Source: a virus (taxonomy: Duplodnaviria; Heunggongvirae; Uroviricota; Caudoviricetes). From it: a DNA stretch of 31,026 nt. Location of the stretch: the IMG/VR virus record IMGVR_UViG_2667527789_000013, positions 1 through 31,026 of that record, one strand, 5' to 3'. Positions 7,897 to 16,539 of this stretch are shown here, in pieces. Each line of letters begins with the position of its first letter. Position 1 is the stretch's first letter. Both the position numbers and the translations under genes were made by a program. A model generated the notes under the pieces. The model made no database searches. It was not told the origin of the DNA and saw nothing but the letters and a program-made list of their open reading frames with translations.

Positions 7897-8416
7897 TAAA
7901 AATCAAATTATCAGATATAAGGGTCGAGTGTTGCATACGCAAAATTTCTCGGCCCTTTGTGCATCTGATCTTGAGCTGAAGAAAGTATCTGATGCCTTTG
8001 CCCAGTATTGGAAAACGGGATACCATCCATCTCTTGGTAAAGATGCTGCATTTGCTCGTCCGACAGAAATGCTTAAACTAAATGTCAGGCATACTCATGT
8101 CGATAACCAAGACTATATTCCAGAAGATAGTGATAAAAAACACACTGGTAAAAAATCATCTTGGGATGCATGGAAAAATATAGCGTCTGTACAAGTAAAA
8201 TGCATACCAACAAGTGATTGCTTTTTAGTTTATTCGGTAAATCACAATCGTGATGCGCTGGTTATGTTTTTTGTTGACGCAGATGCTCACAACATAACTG
8301 AGCAAGAAGAGTTTAAAGAGGCAGCAATCACAATCAGTTATCAATTCTTTGAGAAAACAAAAACAGAACCAATGCCTTTAGAAGAAGATCTTTTTTCTGA
8401 TAAATGGAAGGAATAG
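7871..8416 (+). CDS. Hypothetical 181-aa protein, possible YafO-like toxin
   Basis: ATG 7871 with AAGGA SD (track start 7844 is TTG); soluble; segments YWKTGYHPSLGKDAAFARP...LKLNVRHTHV and CFLVYSVNHNRDALVMFFV resemble, as I recall them, the conserved pattern of YafO-family ribosome-dependent mRNA interferases; visibly AT-rich coding sequence. Confidence 0.6.
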   Translation: MSSSASQNDKNQIIRYKGRVLHTQNFSALCASDLELKKVSDAFAQYWKTGYHPSLGKDAAFARPTEMLKLNVRHTHVDNQDYIPEDSDKKHTGKKSSWDAWKNIASVQVKCIPTSDCFLVYSVNHNRDALVMFFVDADAHNITEQEEFKEAAITISYQFFEKTKTEPMPLEEDLFSDKWKE

Positions 8417-8438
8417 CCCGCAGCGCGGGCTTTTTTGT
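8416..8438 (+). terminator. Rho-independent terminator after the two-gene cassette
   Basis: Stem GCCCGC / GCGGGC followed by TTTTTT, immediately after stop codon 8414-8416. Confidence 0.6.
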
Positions 8439-8470
8439 GTCTGCGGATTCCCGCCCAGGTGGCGGTGGCA

Positions 8471-8500
8471 TTCGTTAAAAACAAGGCCGCGAAAGCGGCC
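8471..8500 (-). terminator. Rho-independent terminator ending the ejection-protein operon (after the secreted-protein gene)
   Basis: Stem GGCCGC / GCGGCC with GAAA loop; on the minus strand followed by TTGTTTTTAA; 8 nt downstream of the minus-strand stop at 8508. Confidence 0.5.
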
Positions 8501-8507
8501 TGTTTGA

Positions 8508-9359
8508 TCACTGTGCAGTTTTCGCTGATCGATTTTCAGCTCTAAATTCAAGAACCGTTTCAATATTTCTTTCCTTCAGCATATCAATAACATTTTTATT
8601 CATTTGACTATCACTGGTTAATAACTGGTAAACGTTGCTTCTCTCTTTATCAGAGTTTTCTTTAACAGCTGCTTTGCATGCCAAATGCTTATTGAAATTT
8701 TCTACATCGCTAGTACAGGAATTTACGGCTGCTGATGAAATATCAGACGCTGAAGAAACACCATCATCCAAACGTTTTATAGCATTTTCTATACATGAGT
8801 TAAGGGAATAAACGACAACTGAGCGATACCCTTCAGACGCACACCATTCTAAATTTCTTGAAGGATCGAGTGGTTTTACTTCGCTGGATTGAATTAACTT
8901 GTCAAAAACTGACTTATATTCAATCTGTTTTTTATCTATAGCCCATACTTCAGTAGCTGATTTATAATTCCCCGTATGCCTATTAACATCAAATCCATGT
9001 TTTATAAGCAAATCTGCCCATGAAAGATTTATTGATTCATTGTTATGAGGCCATTTTCCTGTCAGAACCGCCCCCATAGACCCCATATGTCCGCCATATG
9101 ATGGTATAGCACCATGGCTCAGTAACTTCTCAGCAACCACAGGGCAATTAATTACATAAGAGGCGTAAAGCCCATTCCATAAAGCCCCTCTATAGTAATC
9201 GCCACGATTAGGTTCTTTTAAGTCGATAGCCTTTGATAATTGTTCACACGTTTTGCATGCATCAAAGTTATCCTTATTGCATTGCAATGAACTGGCAGCT
9301 GTAGGATTTACAGAGACTATTGAAAGCACTATGCCAAAAAACAAATTTATTTTTTTCAT
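8508..9359 (-). CDS. Secreted/periplasmic Cys-containing protein of unknown function (cargo; candidate lysogenic-conversion or exclusion factor)
   Basis: 283 aa; signal peptide MKKINLFFGIVLSIVSVNPTAAS; several Cys; visibly AT-rich relative to flanking structural genes; ATG 9359 lies 1 nt after the stop of the upstream ejection-protein gene. Confidence 0.6.
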   Translation of the reverse strand: MKKINLFFGIVLSIVSVNPTAASSLQCNKDNFDACKTCEQLSKAIDLKEPNRGDYYRGALWNGLYASYVINCPVVAEKLLSHGAIPSYGGHMGSMGAVLTGKWPHNNESINLSWADLLIKHGFDVNRHTGNYKSATEVWAIDKKQIEYKSVFDKLIQSSEVKPLDPSRNLEWCASEGYRSVVVYSLNSCIENAIKRLDDGVSSASDISSAAVNSCTSDVENFNKHLACKAAVKENSDKERSNVYQLLTSDSQMNKNVIDMLKERNIETVLEFRAENRSAKTAQ

Positions 9360-9360
9360 C

Positions 9361-12300
9361 CTATTTCATCTGCTCTTCAACTTTATTTAGTAATGGTGAT
9401 ATCGCCCACAGATTCTGAAAAGGTAGCATTTTACGGACAGCGTGGGTTTGCTGGCTGTCAAATTCTCCGTTAAGTACACCATTTGCAACCGTCGCGGCAT
9501 CACCGCCAAGATCAAAGGTAGGACCAAGTAAAGCACCAATAGCATTACGACTCTGAAACCTTGATACCGGAGGCGCACCAAACATCGCGCCAAGACCAAA
9601 CCTACCGCCGCTTATGTTCTCAACGGTATTCAGCGGCTCAGAGAGCCAGCCAAGCATTCCGCCCCGGTCGATCCCCTCTTTCACAAGGTTATTCCAGCTG
9701 TAATCGATATCGCGACCGCTTAACTTCTGTTTCATCATATAGACCATTGAGCCAAGCGCAATCGTGCCAAGCGCACCAAGATAGAATGCAGCATCGCCCT
9801 GCTGGATACCAGATACCAGCACCCTGTTATGCTGTGCGAAGATAAACGTTTTAAACTGCGTGATCATCTTCCAGCCTTCTTTACTAAAAAACAGCGGGGT
9901 ATCACCTACGCCAGGCGTTACAATCACTGAGTCTACATCTTTCAGCACTGCAGACTGGAAAATCTCTCTAGCGAAACGGTCATCCCACAGATGACTATGC
10001 CCGGTTAACAGCCCGTCCATATCCTCTCCGTGCTTCCCGAATTGCTCCCCGATTCGGCGCAGAACATCTTCATTGATGCCGACCTGTGCCATCTTCCGCA
10101 TTTCACTTTTGGAGAGCGTGCCACCAGCAGAAACTTGGCGAGCCGCGTCAAGTATCCTCGACTGCACTATCATCCCGGACCATGATTTAAGTGCGCTGTT
10201 CCACTGATTCATCAGCGTCCAGTTACCGAATTTCTGCGTCATCCAGTTCAGGCCTCGCTCAGCGGCGCTTCTCCGGCTATAGGGGTCAGTAAGATCCGCT
10301 ATAGCCTTTGTACGCGTAGACAGGACATAATCAAGCCCAACGGCCATTTCTCGCAAATCCCTGGTTGCAATCTTCACTGAGTACATATTTTTAAGCATGC
10401 TTACCATTGGTCCGAGAGATTTTCTCAGGCCATGCTGCATCATCGGTCGCATCAGATCAGTTGCAGCGGAGACGGTCATTCCACCAAGCAAACGGAGGAA
10501 GTTAATATTCCTAGCAACTCGCCCGGCACGAACAAAGAAACTGCGTGGATCTTGAGGTGCACCGTAAGTACCAAGCAGTCGATCACGCATAGCCGTAATA
10601 TCCCTAATATCAGCCTCCCGTTGCTTCTCAAGAACTGCACGTCGTTTAGGTGTTTTAGCCTCTTTTATTAGCCGGGTATATTCCTCACTAACCTGACGGA
10701 TTTGCTCCCCCATATCTTTACGGCCAAACTGCGCAGTCAGCTCAATTTCTGGTGCCACCTGCCGGAGATAACTTTCCATGATGTAGTTAACATCTGATTC
10801 AAGAAAATCTTCTATACGCTCATCAGGAATAAGCAGCGTTCTGCTTTTAGTGAAACCAGCCCGACCAACGAGTCTCTCTGGGATAATATCGGCTGGTACA
10901 AGCCCGGAAGGTGCGCCTATTATTTTATTCACGATCTCGTCAGCAGCGTCCTCTGCTTCCTCTCGGGATAGAGGCTCCATCTGCTTCAGTGCTCGTTCGC
11001 GGCTTGCATTCAGCCTTGTGGTTGAATTTGCCCGTTTTTGCAGTCGGCGAAGCTCAGAACGATATTTCCGTGGATTATCCAACAACTCCATATGGCGCTG
11101 ATAGACAGGAAGCTCACTCTTTGCCTGCGCTATATCATCAAGGCGTGTTTTAAGGTCAGAGCTTTCTTTCATCATTCTTGCCTGAAGTTTTTCTGATGAA
11201 GTCTCGGCCAACTCTTTTTCTATTCTTGTAAGACGCGCCTGTGTGTCAGTCTCCTGAGATATAAGCTTATTTCGTTTATCCAGTTCTTCCATGAGTAGAA
11301 TTTTTTTACCAGACCATTTCTCCGCTTCAGCGATTTCACTAGCGAGAGCATCAGCGCGCGGTGCCGATTCCTCTGCAGTTTTTAGCAATGAATTTATCCT
11401 TTCAATTCGCTGACCTGCTTTGTCAGCACCTTTGGCACTAATCCCTTGTATCCAGTTGGCAATTCGCCCTCTGAATTCAGTGCGGTCGGAAAGTATCTTA
11501 TCGAACTTATAAATGCGGGGAAGATAACTTTTCGCCGTCACGACATCGATATCCTTAGGAAGGATCCCCAGTTCCTGCATACGGGCTTTTGTGCTCTCGA
11601 AAATGGGGCGGATTCTGGCGGCTGCTTGTGAAACCTCAGGAATATCACTCTGATCACCACGGCGCATAGCCATGCCAACAGCTTCATTGAAATCAATAAA
11701 GTTCATCCTCTTCACGCCGCGGGCGCTAACAGATTTGCTGTACTGCTGGTAAGCATCACGAGTGGCTTCCATCTGCTTATAAAGCATGGCGTCGTATTGC
11801 TTAATCTTAGTCTCGACTGCCGTAAACGTAGCCAACCCCTCATCATTTTTGGCGAAGAAATAGTTATTTTCGGCAAGCTGCTGGTTAATCTGACGGGAGA
11901 CAAGAGATGGTGATTGCGCCAAGCGGCCAGCAGGAGTGACACTCAACGTTTTGTTAGCCAGTCCAAGTCCAGCGAGCTGTTCCTGATCGAGTGTGGTATT
12001 GAAAACCTGAGCTGCACCAATGCTTTGAGGAGAATCCATACCTCGCAAATGATTACCTACTGAGTTAACCACTGCCTCGCGCGCGCCAGGTCCAGCAAGT
12101 AGCTGTGCACCAGCACCAAGGATCCCACCAACGAGAGCATCAACAACAACATTCGATACGCTCTCCATCGGTGAGCGAGCTTCCTGAGTGGCCTGTAATG
12201 CGGCCTCTGAAGCAACACTGCCAGCAGCATTCGCCAGGGCAAAACGCCCGGCTGTTTCTGCAATACGACCGCCACGAACGACAGCGCCGAACGGAATAAA

Positions 12301-12750
12301 CATAGAAATCGCATTGAATGGATCTGCTAATCTCATTGCTACAGAAGAGACTGTACCAGCAAATCCCAAGCCTGAATTGTATTCCATGTCAGCTCTCTGC
12401 TGATCGATTCGATGTTTAATTGCCATTGTTTCTTCAGGCGAACCGGAGTTGATAAACGAATCTGCAAAATCTTCATAGCCTTTAATATCTGCTGCATCGT
12501 TATCAAATGGGTTATATCCTTCAACCCTGTCAAACTGACTGAAAGGAGCACTGGCAATAAAGCTACCCAGCGTGTTATCTATACGAAATGCTGCTTGTCT
12601 AGACCTTTGAACGCGTTGATCACTGGTAAATGGGTTCACAGCAGAAAGCAAAGAAGGTGTTTCCATATAGAAATTACTGTCATCAGGTGCTGCTATTTGC
12701 TGAATATCCTCGCCAAGCAACTCTTTAGGATCCTGTTCATATATCGGCAT
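9361..12750 (-). CDS. Internal virion/ejection protein (T7 gp16-like position), 1129 aa
   Basis: Large protein at the last position of the internal-core gene set; coiled-coil-rich middle; start overlaps stop of upstream gene; GGGGG SD. Confidence 0.6.
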   Translation of the reverse strand: MPIYEQDPKELLGEDIQQIAAPDDSNFYMETPSLLSAVNPFTSDQRVQRSRQAAFRIDNTLGSFIASAPFSQFDRVEGYNPFDNDAADIKGYEDFADSFINSGSPEETMAIKHRIDQQRADMEYNSGLGFAGTVSSVAMRLADPFNAISMFIPFGAVVRGGRIAETAGRFALANAAGSVASEAALQATQEARSPMESVSNVVVDALVGGILGAGAQLLAGPGAREAVVNSVGNHLRGMDSPQSIGAAQVFNTTLDQEQLAGLGLANKTLSVTPAGRLAQSPSLVSRQINQQLAENNYFFAKNDEGLATFTAVETKIKQYDAMLYKQMEATRDAYQQYSKSVSARGVKRMNFIDFNEAVGMAMRRGDQSDIPEVSQAAARIRPIFESTKARMQELGILPKDIDVVTAKSYLPRIYKFDKILSDRTEFRGRIANWIQGISAKGADKAGQRIERINSLLKTAEESAPRADALASEIAEAEKWSGKKILLMEELDKRNKLISQETDTQARLTRIEKELAETSSEKLQARMMKESSDLKTRLDDIAQAKSELPVYQRHMELLDNPRKYRSELRRLQKRANSTTRLNASRERALKQMEPLSREEAEDAADEIVNKIIGAPSGLVPADIIPERLVGRAGFTKSRTLLIPDERIEDFLESDVNYIMESYLRQVAPEIELTAQFGRKDMGEQIRQVSEEYTRLIKEAKTPKRRAVLEKQREADIRDITAMRDRLLGTYGAPQDPRSFFVRAGRVARNINFLRLLGGMTVSAATDLMRPMMQHGLRKSLGPMVSMLKNMYSVKIATRDLREMAVGLDYVLSTRTKAIADLTDPYSRRSAAERGLNWMTQKFGNWTLMNQWNSALKSWSGMIVQSRILDAARQVSAGGTLSKSEMRKMAQVGINEDVLRRIGEQFGKHGEDMDGLLTGHSHLWDDRFAREIFQSAVLKDVDSVIVTPGVGDTPLFFSKEGWKMITQFKTFIFAQHNRVLVSGIQQGDAAFYLGALGTIALGSMVYMMKQKLSGRDIDYSWNNLVKEGIDRGGMLGWLSEPLNTVENISGGRFGLGAMFGAPPVSRFQSRNAIGALLGPTFDLGGDAATVANGVLNGEFDSQQTHAVRKMLPFQNLWAISPLLNKVEEQMK

Positions 12751-15497
12751 TATTTGCCCCCTGCGTATATATTGCTCGGAAGGTAATTGGCTGAACCATA
12801 ACCGAATGGTTTGGTCAGATCTGGAGGAGTATATCCATCTTTATTGCTGAACTGCGGCAGCGGATTGCCTTCTCTCCGCACTCTAGCCTCATCAACACGC
12901 TGTTGCTGGAACTGAATGGTTTGCCTGTACATTGGAGATGTCAGCTGATCCGGCTTGAAACGAACAGGGAGACCATTTTCTCCAATATAATTTCTCGGTT
13001 CTATCGCTCTGTTTGCGTCAGGCTGTAAAACCATAACAGCATAACTCCTATCCCTTGCCGTAAGGCCATCAGAAACAAGTATTAAGTCCGTATCACTGCG
13101 AGGACCGCCAAAGGATTTTGATTTAAGCTCGCGTTTTTCCTGCTCCCACTGCCCCTGTATCCAGTTACCAGCACCATTATTTACTCCGTACAATGCCTCA
13201 GGTGCATACTTCATAACCTCTGCTTTGCCATTAACCGTAGAAACTCCCCAGGTGGTTCTGATCATGGCATTGGTCATTTTCTCAGCCTGTTCTGCATCGC
13301 CACCTGTCTGTACAAAGTTAGCATCGTAAATTGTCTGGTAATCTCGCTGATAGGCCGCATTTGATTTTCCTGGATCGGTAATATCCGGAGACCACGAACC
13401 AAAGGAAGTCAGACTGCTGGCGTTATTTTGTGCAGCAGTTGCCCTCGCCGCGACATATTTTTTGTCTCGCATGGCAGTGGAAAGCATCTGTTTCATTCGG
13501 TCATCCTGTTGGAACACCTGGCTGTAAGCCATATCAACAGCCTTATCCTCCGGCACGCCAGCGCGGGAATAATCGTAAACCTTGCCGTAAAATGCCATCG
13601 TACTTTTATCAAGTGTTGCCGCTGCCGCCGGATTATTATCGAATAACTGACCGTAGAATTTTGCCATCGGGACAACCAGCGCAGGATCTCTTGATGTTGC
13701 TCCACTGTTAAGCATTGTTTTAACCTGAGTTGGTATCATGCCGCTTTTAGTTGTGACGGTGACCAGTGTATTGATGCTCTGCGGATCAGATATGGAAAAC
13801 GAAGGCGCGATATCCTGCGCGAAATAACGGTCTACCGCTGCCTGATTGTTTTTGTCGTTCGGGTCCAGCGGGAAGTTATTTTGCATTGAAGACACGAACC
13901 TGTTTCTTCCCTGCTGAATCTCCCACTCCCTATTCATCTCTTTAAATTTGGCCTGCATTTTCTCCCAGCGTTGCTGGTTAGCTGCAAATCCAGGAGCGTT
14001 TGGATCCTGTGGACGTAAACGTTCAAGAATGTCTTGTCGTCCTTCTGGAGTGAGGTCTTTAGCGGCGCCAATGACACCTCCATATTGTATCTGCGCCTGC
14101 ATATCCTTCCACTTCATAGCGCCAATGCGCGGACCATTGGCCCGGATAAAATCGTCCTCAGAAGGTAACTTCTCAGGTTTCAATCCTTCATCAAGGGCTG
14201 AATATGCATCTTTAACTACGGTGCTAAGCTGGTCCGCATACTGCTGGCGGTACTGATTTCTCAGCTCATTAGCCTGCCTCAATGCCTGTATTTGCATTTG
14301 AGGGCTCATAGCATCAAATGCCGCATTGCCCGTATAACGCTTAGGTGAATCAAGGTTAGTTAGACCAAGGGCTGCCGAGATACCAGTTTCAAGCTGTTCG
14401 GTGCTATAAGGCATACTGCCATTTTCGTGTTTAATAATCCCAGCACATAAAGCAGCTAGTGTCTTTGGGTTAGAGATATCAAGCTGATCATTCTCCCCAA
14501 CACCAAGCTCACCACACAATGCCCTAATATAAGCATCAGTATTATTACCATCACTAGCCGGAGCATAGCGATTAACAATCTCGCTAACGGTGTCATAGCC
14601 TTGACGCTGGTAAGACAACATATTTTTACCCAACGCGCGGATTCCATGCTCAGGGGTAGCAAACGTTGCAAAACGTCCATCGCTACCGATCTGACCTTCC
14701 CACGGGTTAGATTTGCTCGCTTCAATATTACCAGGGTTATTATTACGTAAACCACGAGCATCCAATGAATTACCATGTGATATTGCACGACTCACACCAT
14801 CAAGATCCCCTGGCTCTCCATTAACCTGAAGAAACTCGTTGTATTTTTGAGCGATATTTCCTATCCATGCTTGCTGCCCCATTTGTTCCTTGAGCTGAGT
14901 TTTCTGCTGAACACGCCACTCATCAGGAAGCCCATGCGCATCAGCGTATTGATCAATAGATTCAAATCGCTGCTTGGCTAAATCGACAAATGCTTGGTTA
15001 TCGCTATATAGCCCCGCAGACTGAGTGACAGCCAATGCATTTCCTGACAAATACGTTTGATCTTGAAATTGCTGAAACTGCCCAACTTCATATCGACGTG
15101 CCTGATTGTAATAAGACTGCATAGACTGCTGGAGTTGAAAGGATAATTTATTCCTTTCCTCACTTTCAGGAATTGAGTCTAATAATGCCTGAGCCCTTTC
15201 CTGCATATTTTTCATAACAGCGTCACTCTGACCAAGAGCGTTTTTACCCTGTTTAGAAATCAGCCCATTTTCAGGGTTGTTAATCTGGTCATCTGCAAAT
15301 TGGTTAAATTGCAGTAACGCCTCCTCGGCCATAGCAACATTCGCTTTCTGCCTGGCTTCACCATATGCCACCGCATACTGATCTGCGACATTCGCCAGCA
15401 CCTGACCTGCTTGAGGAACATCGAAGGTCTGAAAACCACCGGTTTGCACACCACGACTTTGCACCTGGCGTCCGGATGTAGTAGGAACAACAGGCAT
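12750..15497 (-). CDS. Internal virion/ejection protein (T7 gp15-like position), 915 aa, with a possible peptidoglycan-hydrolase-like segment
   Basis: AGGAGG SD; position and size fit gp15-like; residues about 245-365 contain LRNNNPGNIEA...W.G...F.TF.TPEHGIRA...YAP, which I associate with virion-associated muralytic domains (unverified). Confidence 0.6.
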   Translation of the reverse strand: MPVVPTTSGRQVQSRGVQTGGFQTFDVPQAGQVLANVADQYAVAYGEARQKANVAMAEEALLQFNQFADDQINNPENGLISKQGKNALGQSDAVMKNMQERAQALLDSIPESEERNKLSFQLQQSMQSYYNQARRYEVGQFQQFQDQTYLSGNALAVTQSAGLYSDNQAFVDLAKQRFESIDQYADAHGLPDEWRVQQKTQLKEQMGQQAWIGNIAQKYNEFLQVNGEPGDLDGVSRAISHGNSLDARGLRNNNPGNIEASKSNPWEGQIGSDGRFATFATPEHGIRALGKNMLSYQRQGYDTVSEIVNRYAPASDGNNTDAYIRALCGELGVGENDQLDISNPKTLAALCAGIIKHENGSMPYSTEQLETGISAALGLTNLDSPKRYTGNAAFDAMSPQMQIQALRQANELRNQYRQQYADQLSTVVKDAYSALDEGLKPEKLPSEDDFIRANGPRIGAMKWKDMQAQIQYGGVIGAAKDLTPEGRQDILERLRPQDPNAPGFAANQQRWEKMQAKFKEMNREWEIQQGRNRFVSSMQNNFPLDPNDKNNQAAVDRYFAQDIAPSFSISDPQSINTLVTVTTKSGMIPTQVKTMLNSGATSRDPALVVPMAKFYGQLFDNNPAAAATLDKSTMAFYGKVYDYSRAGVPEDKAVDMAYSQVFQQDDRMKQMLSTAMRDKKYVAARATAAQNNASSLTSFGSWSPDITDPGKSNAAYQRDYQTIYDANFVQTGGDAEQAEKMTNAMIRTTWGVSTVNGKAEVMKYAPEALYGVNNGAGNWIQGQWEQEKRELKSKSFGGPRSDTDLILVSDGLTARDRSYAVMVLQPDANRAIEPRNYIGENGLPVRFKPDQLTSPMYRQTIQFQQQRVDEARVRREGNPLPQFSNKDGYTPPDLTKPFGYGSANYLPSNIYAGGK

Positions 15498-16075
15498 CAG
15501 TAACCTCCTATTTTGAATCGGGAGTCAGAATTCATAAAACCTGAGTTAGATAACATTGGCGTCCCACCACTAGATGTACTTCCTTTAGAGAACGGACTCC
15601 ACGTCCCACCAAACATCTGGTATGCACCGTACGCTTTTAGTGGTGCCGTTAACAAAGTGCTGGTCATCGATGATTTAGCAGCCGACTGAGCAGCAGCCCT
15701 CTGTGCCTGAGCATTCATTCCCTGAACCTGATATCCATATGCCTCACGCTGAGCATTATTCACTGTCGTTAACGCATCAAGAGTGCCGAACTGAGCATTA
15801 TCCGCAAAAACGTCAAGAGCTGTTCCGCTACTTAATTCCGCACCGGTAGCCCCCATAGTAGCCGCCGCAGTGCCTGAGCGTTGACGCATTTCACGACGAC
15901 GCTGATCTGCTTCAATATTCCCACGATTGATTGAATCCTGTGCCTGAGCTTCAGCAATTTCAGCATTCCGATCAGCTATGGCTGACTGGTATTTTGCCTG
16001 CTTGCTCTGGCTGTACATTGACGCGGCTGTGGATGCCACTGTGACGGCAACCAAAGCGATGGCTGGGTTACACAT
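15497..16075 (-). CDS. Internal virion protein (T7 gp14-like position), 192 aa
   Basis: Ala/Gln-rich with hydrophobic N-terminus; size and position between gp13-like and gp15-like; stop-start overlaps on both sides. Confidence 0.5.
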   Translation of the reverse strand: MCNPAIALVAVTVASTAASMYSQSKQAKYQSAIADRNAEIAEAQAQDSINRGNIEADQRRREMRQRSGTAAATMGATGAELSSGTALDVFADNAQFGTLDALTTVNNAQREAYGYQVQGMNAQAQRAAAQSAAKSSMTSTLLTAPLKAYGAYQMFGGTWSPFSKGSTSSGGTPMLSNSGFMNSDSRFKIGGY

Positions 16076-16539
16076 TATTTTCTCTCCATGTGAAATCTGT
16101 GGAAATTAATACCAAGAGCACCATAAGGCGCGGCTTCTTCAAGCCTGAATCCAAGCCAGTGCAGCCATGCTTTGGCAACATGGTTTCGCTCGTCGACGTA
16201 GTTTTCCAGGCGCGGATAAACTGCCAGCATCTGCTGCAATACAGGGCGGCAGTGGCGCAGAAATGTCTTCTGATATTTTTCAATACGGCTGGTTCCGACC
16301 AGCCAGGGTGTACCATTGCCACCGATCATTGACGCCGGAGATACACCAAACATGGTTACCAGTTCTCCGTTCGCAAATCCTGACCAGGCCATAGTCGCAG
16401 TACGCAGACCAACACGCAGCGCATCTTCGGTAGTCATCAGTGATACCGCATACAGTTCGTCAATATCAGCCTGACGAACATCCGGCAAAATCATCTGAAG
16501 ATGCTCTTCGGTAGCGGGAATAATTTGAACATCGATCAT
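16075..16539 (-). CDS. Virion-associated protein (T7 gp13-like position), 154 aa
   Basis: Position immediately after the large tail-tube gene and size comparable to gp13; no recognisable catalytic motif. Confidence 0.45.
   Translation of the reverse strand: MIDVQIIPATEEHLQMILPDVRQADIDELYAVSLMTTEDALRVGLRTATMAWSGFANGELVTMFGVSPASMIGGNGTPWLVGTSRIEKYQKTFLRHCRPVLQQMLAVYPRLENYVDERNHVAKAWLHWLGFRLEEAAPYGALGINFHRFHMERK

Noticed and set aside
9387-12786. Short ORFs nested in or antisense to the 1129-aa gene (for example 9561..9845, 10850..11101, 12412..12786)
   Set aside because: All lie inside a long, well-supported coding frame and lack ribosome-binding sites.
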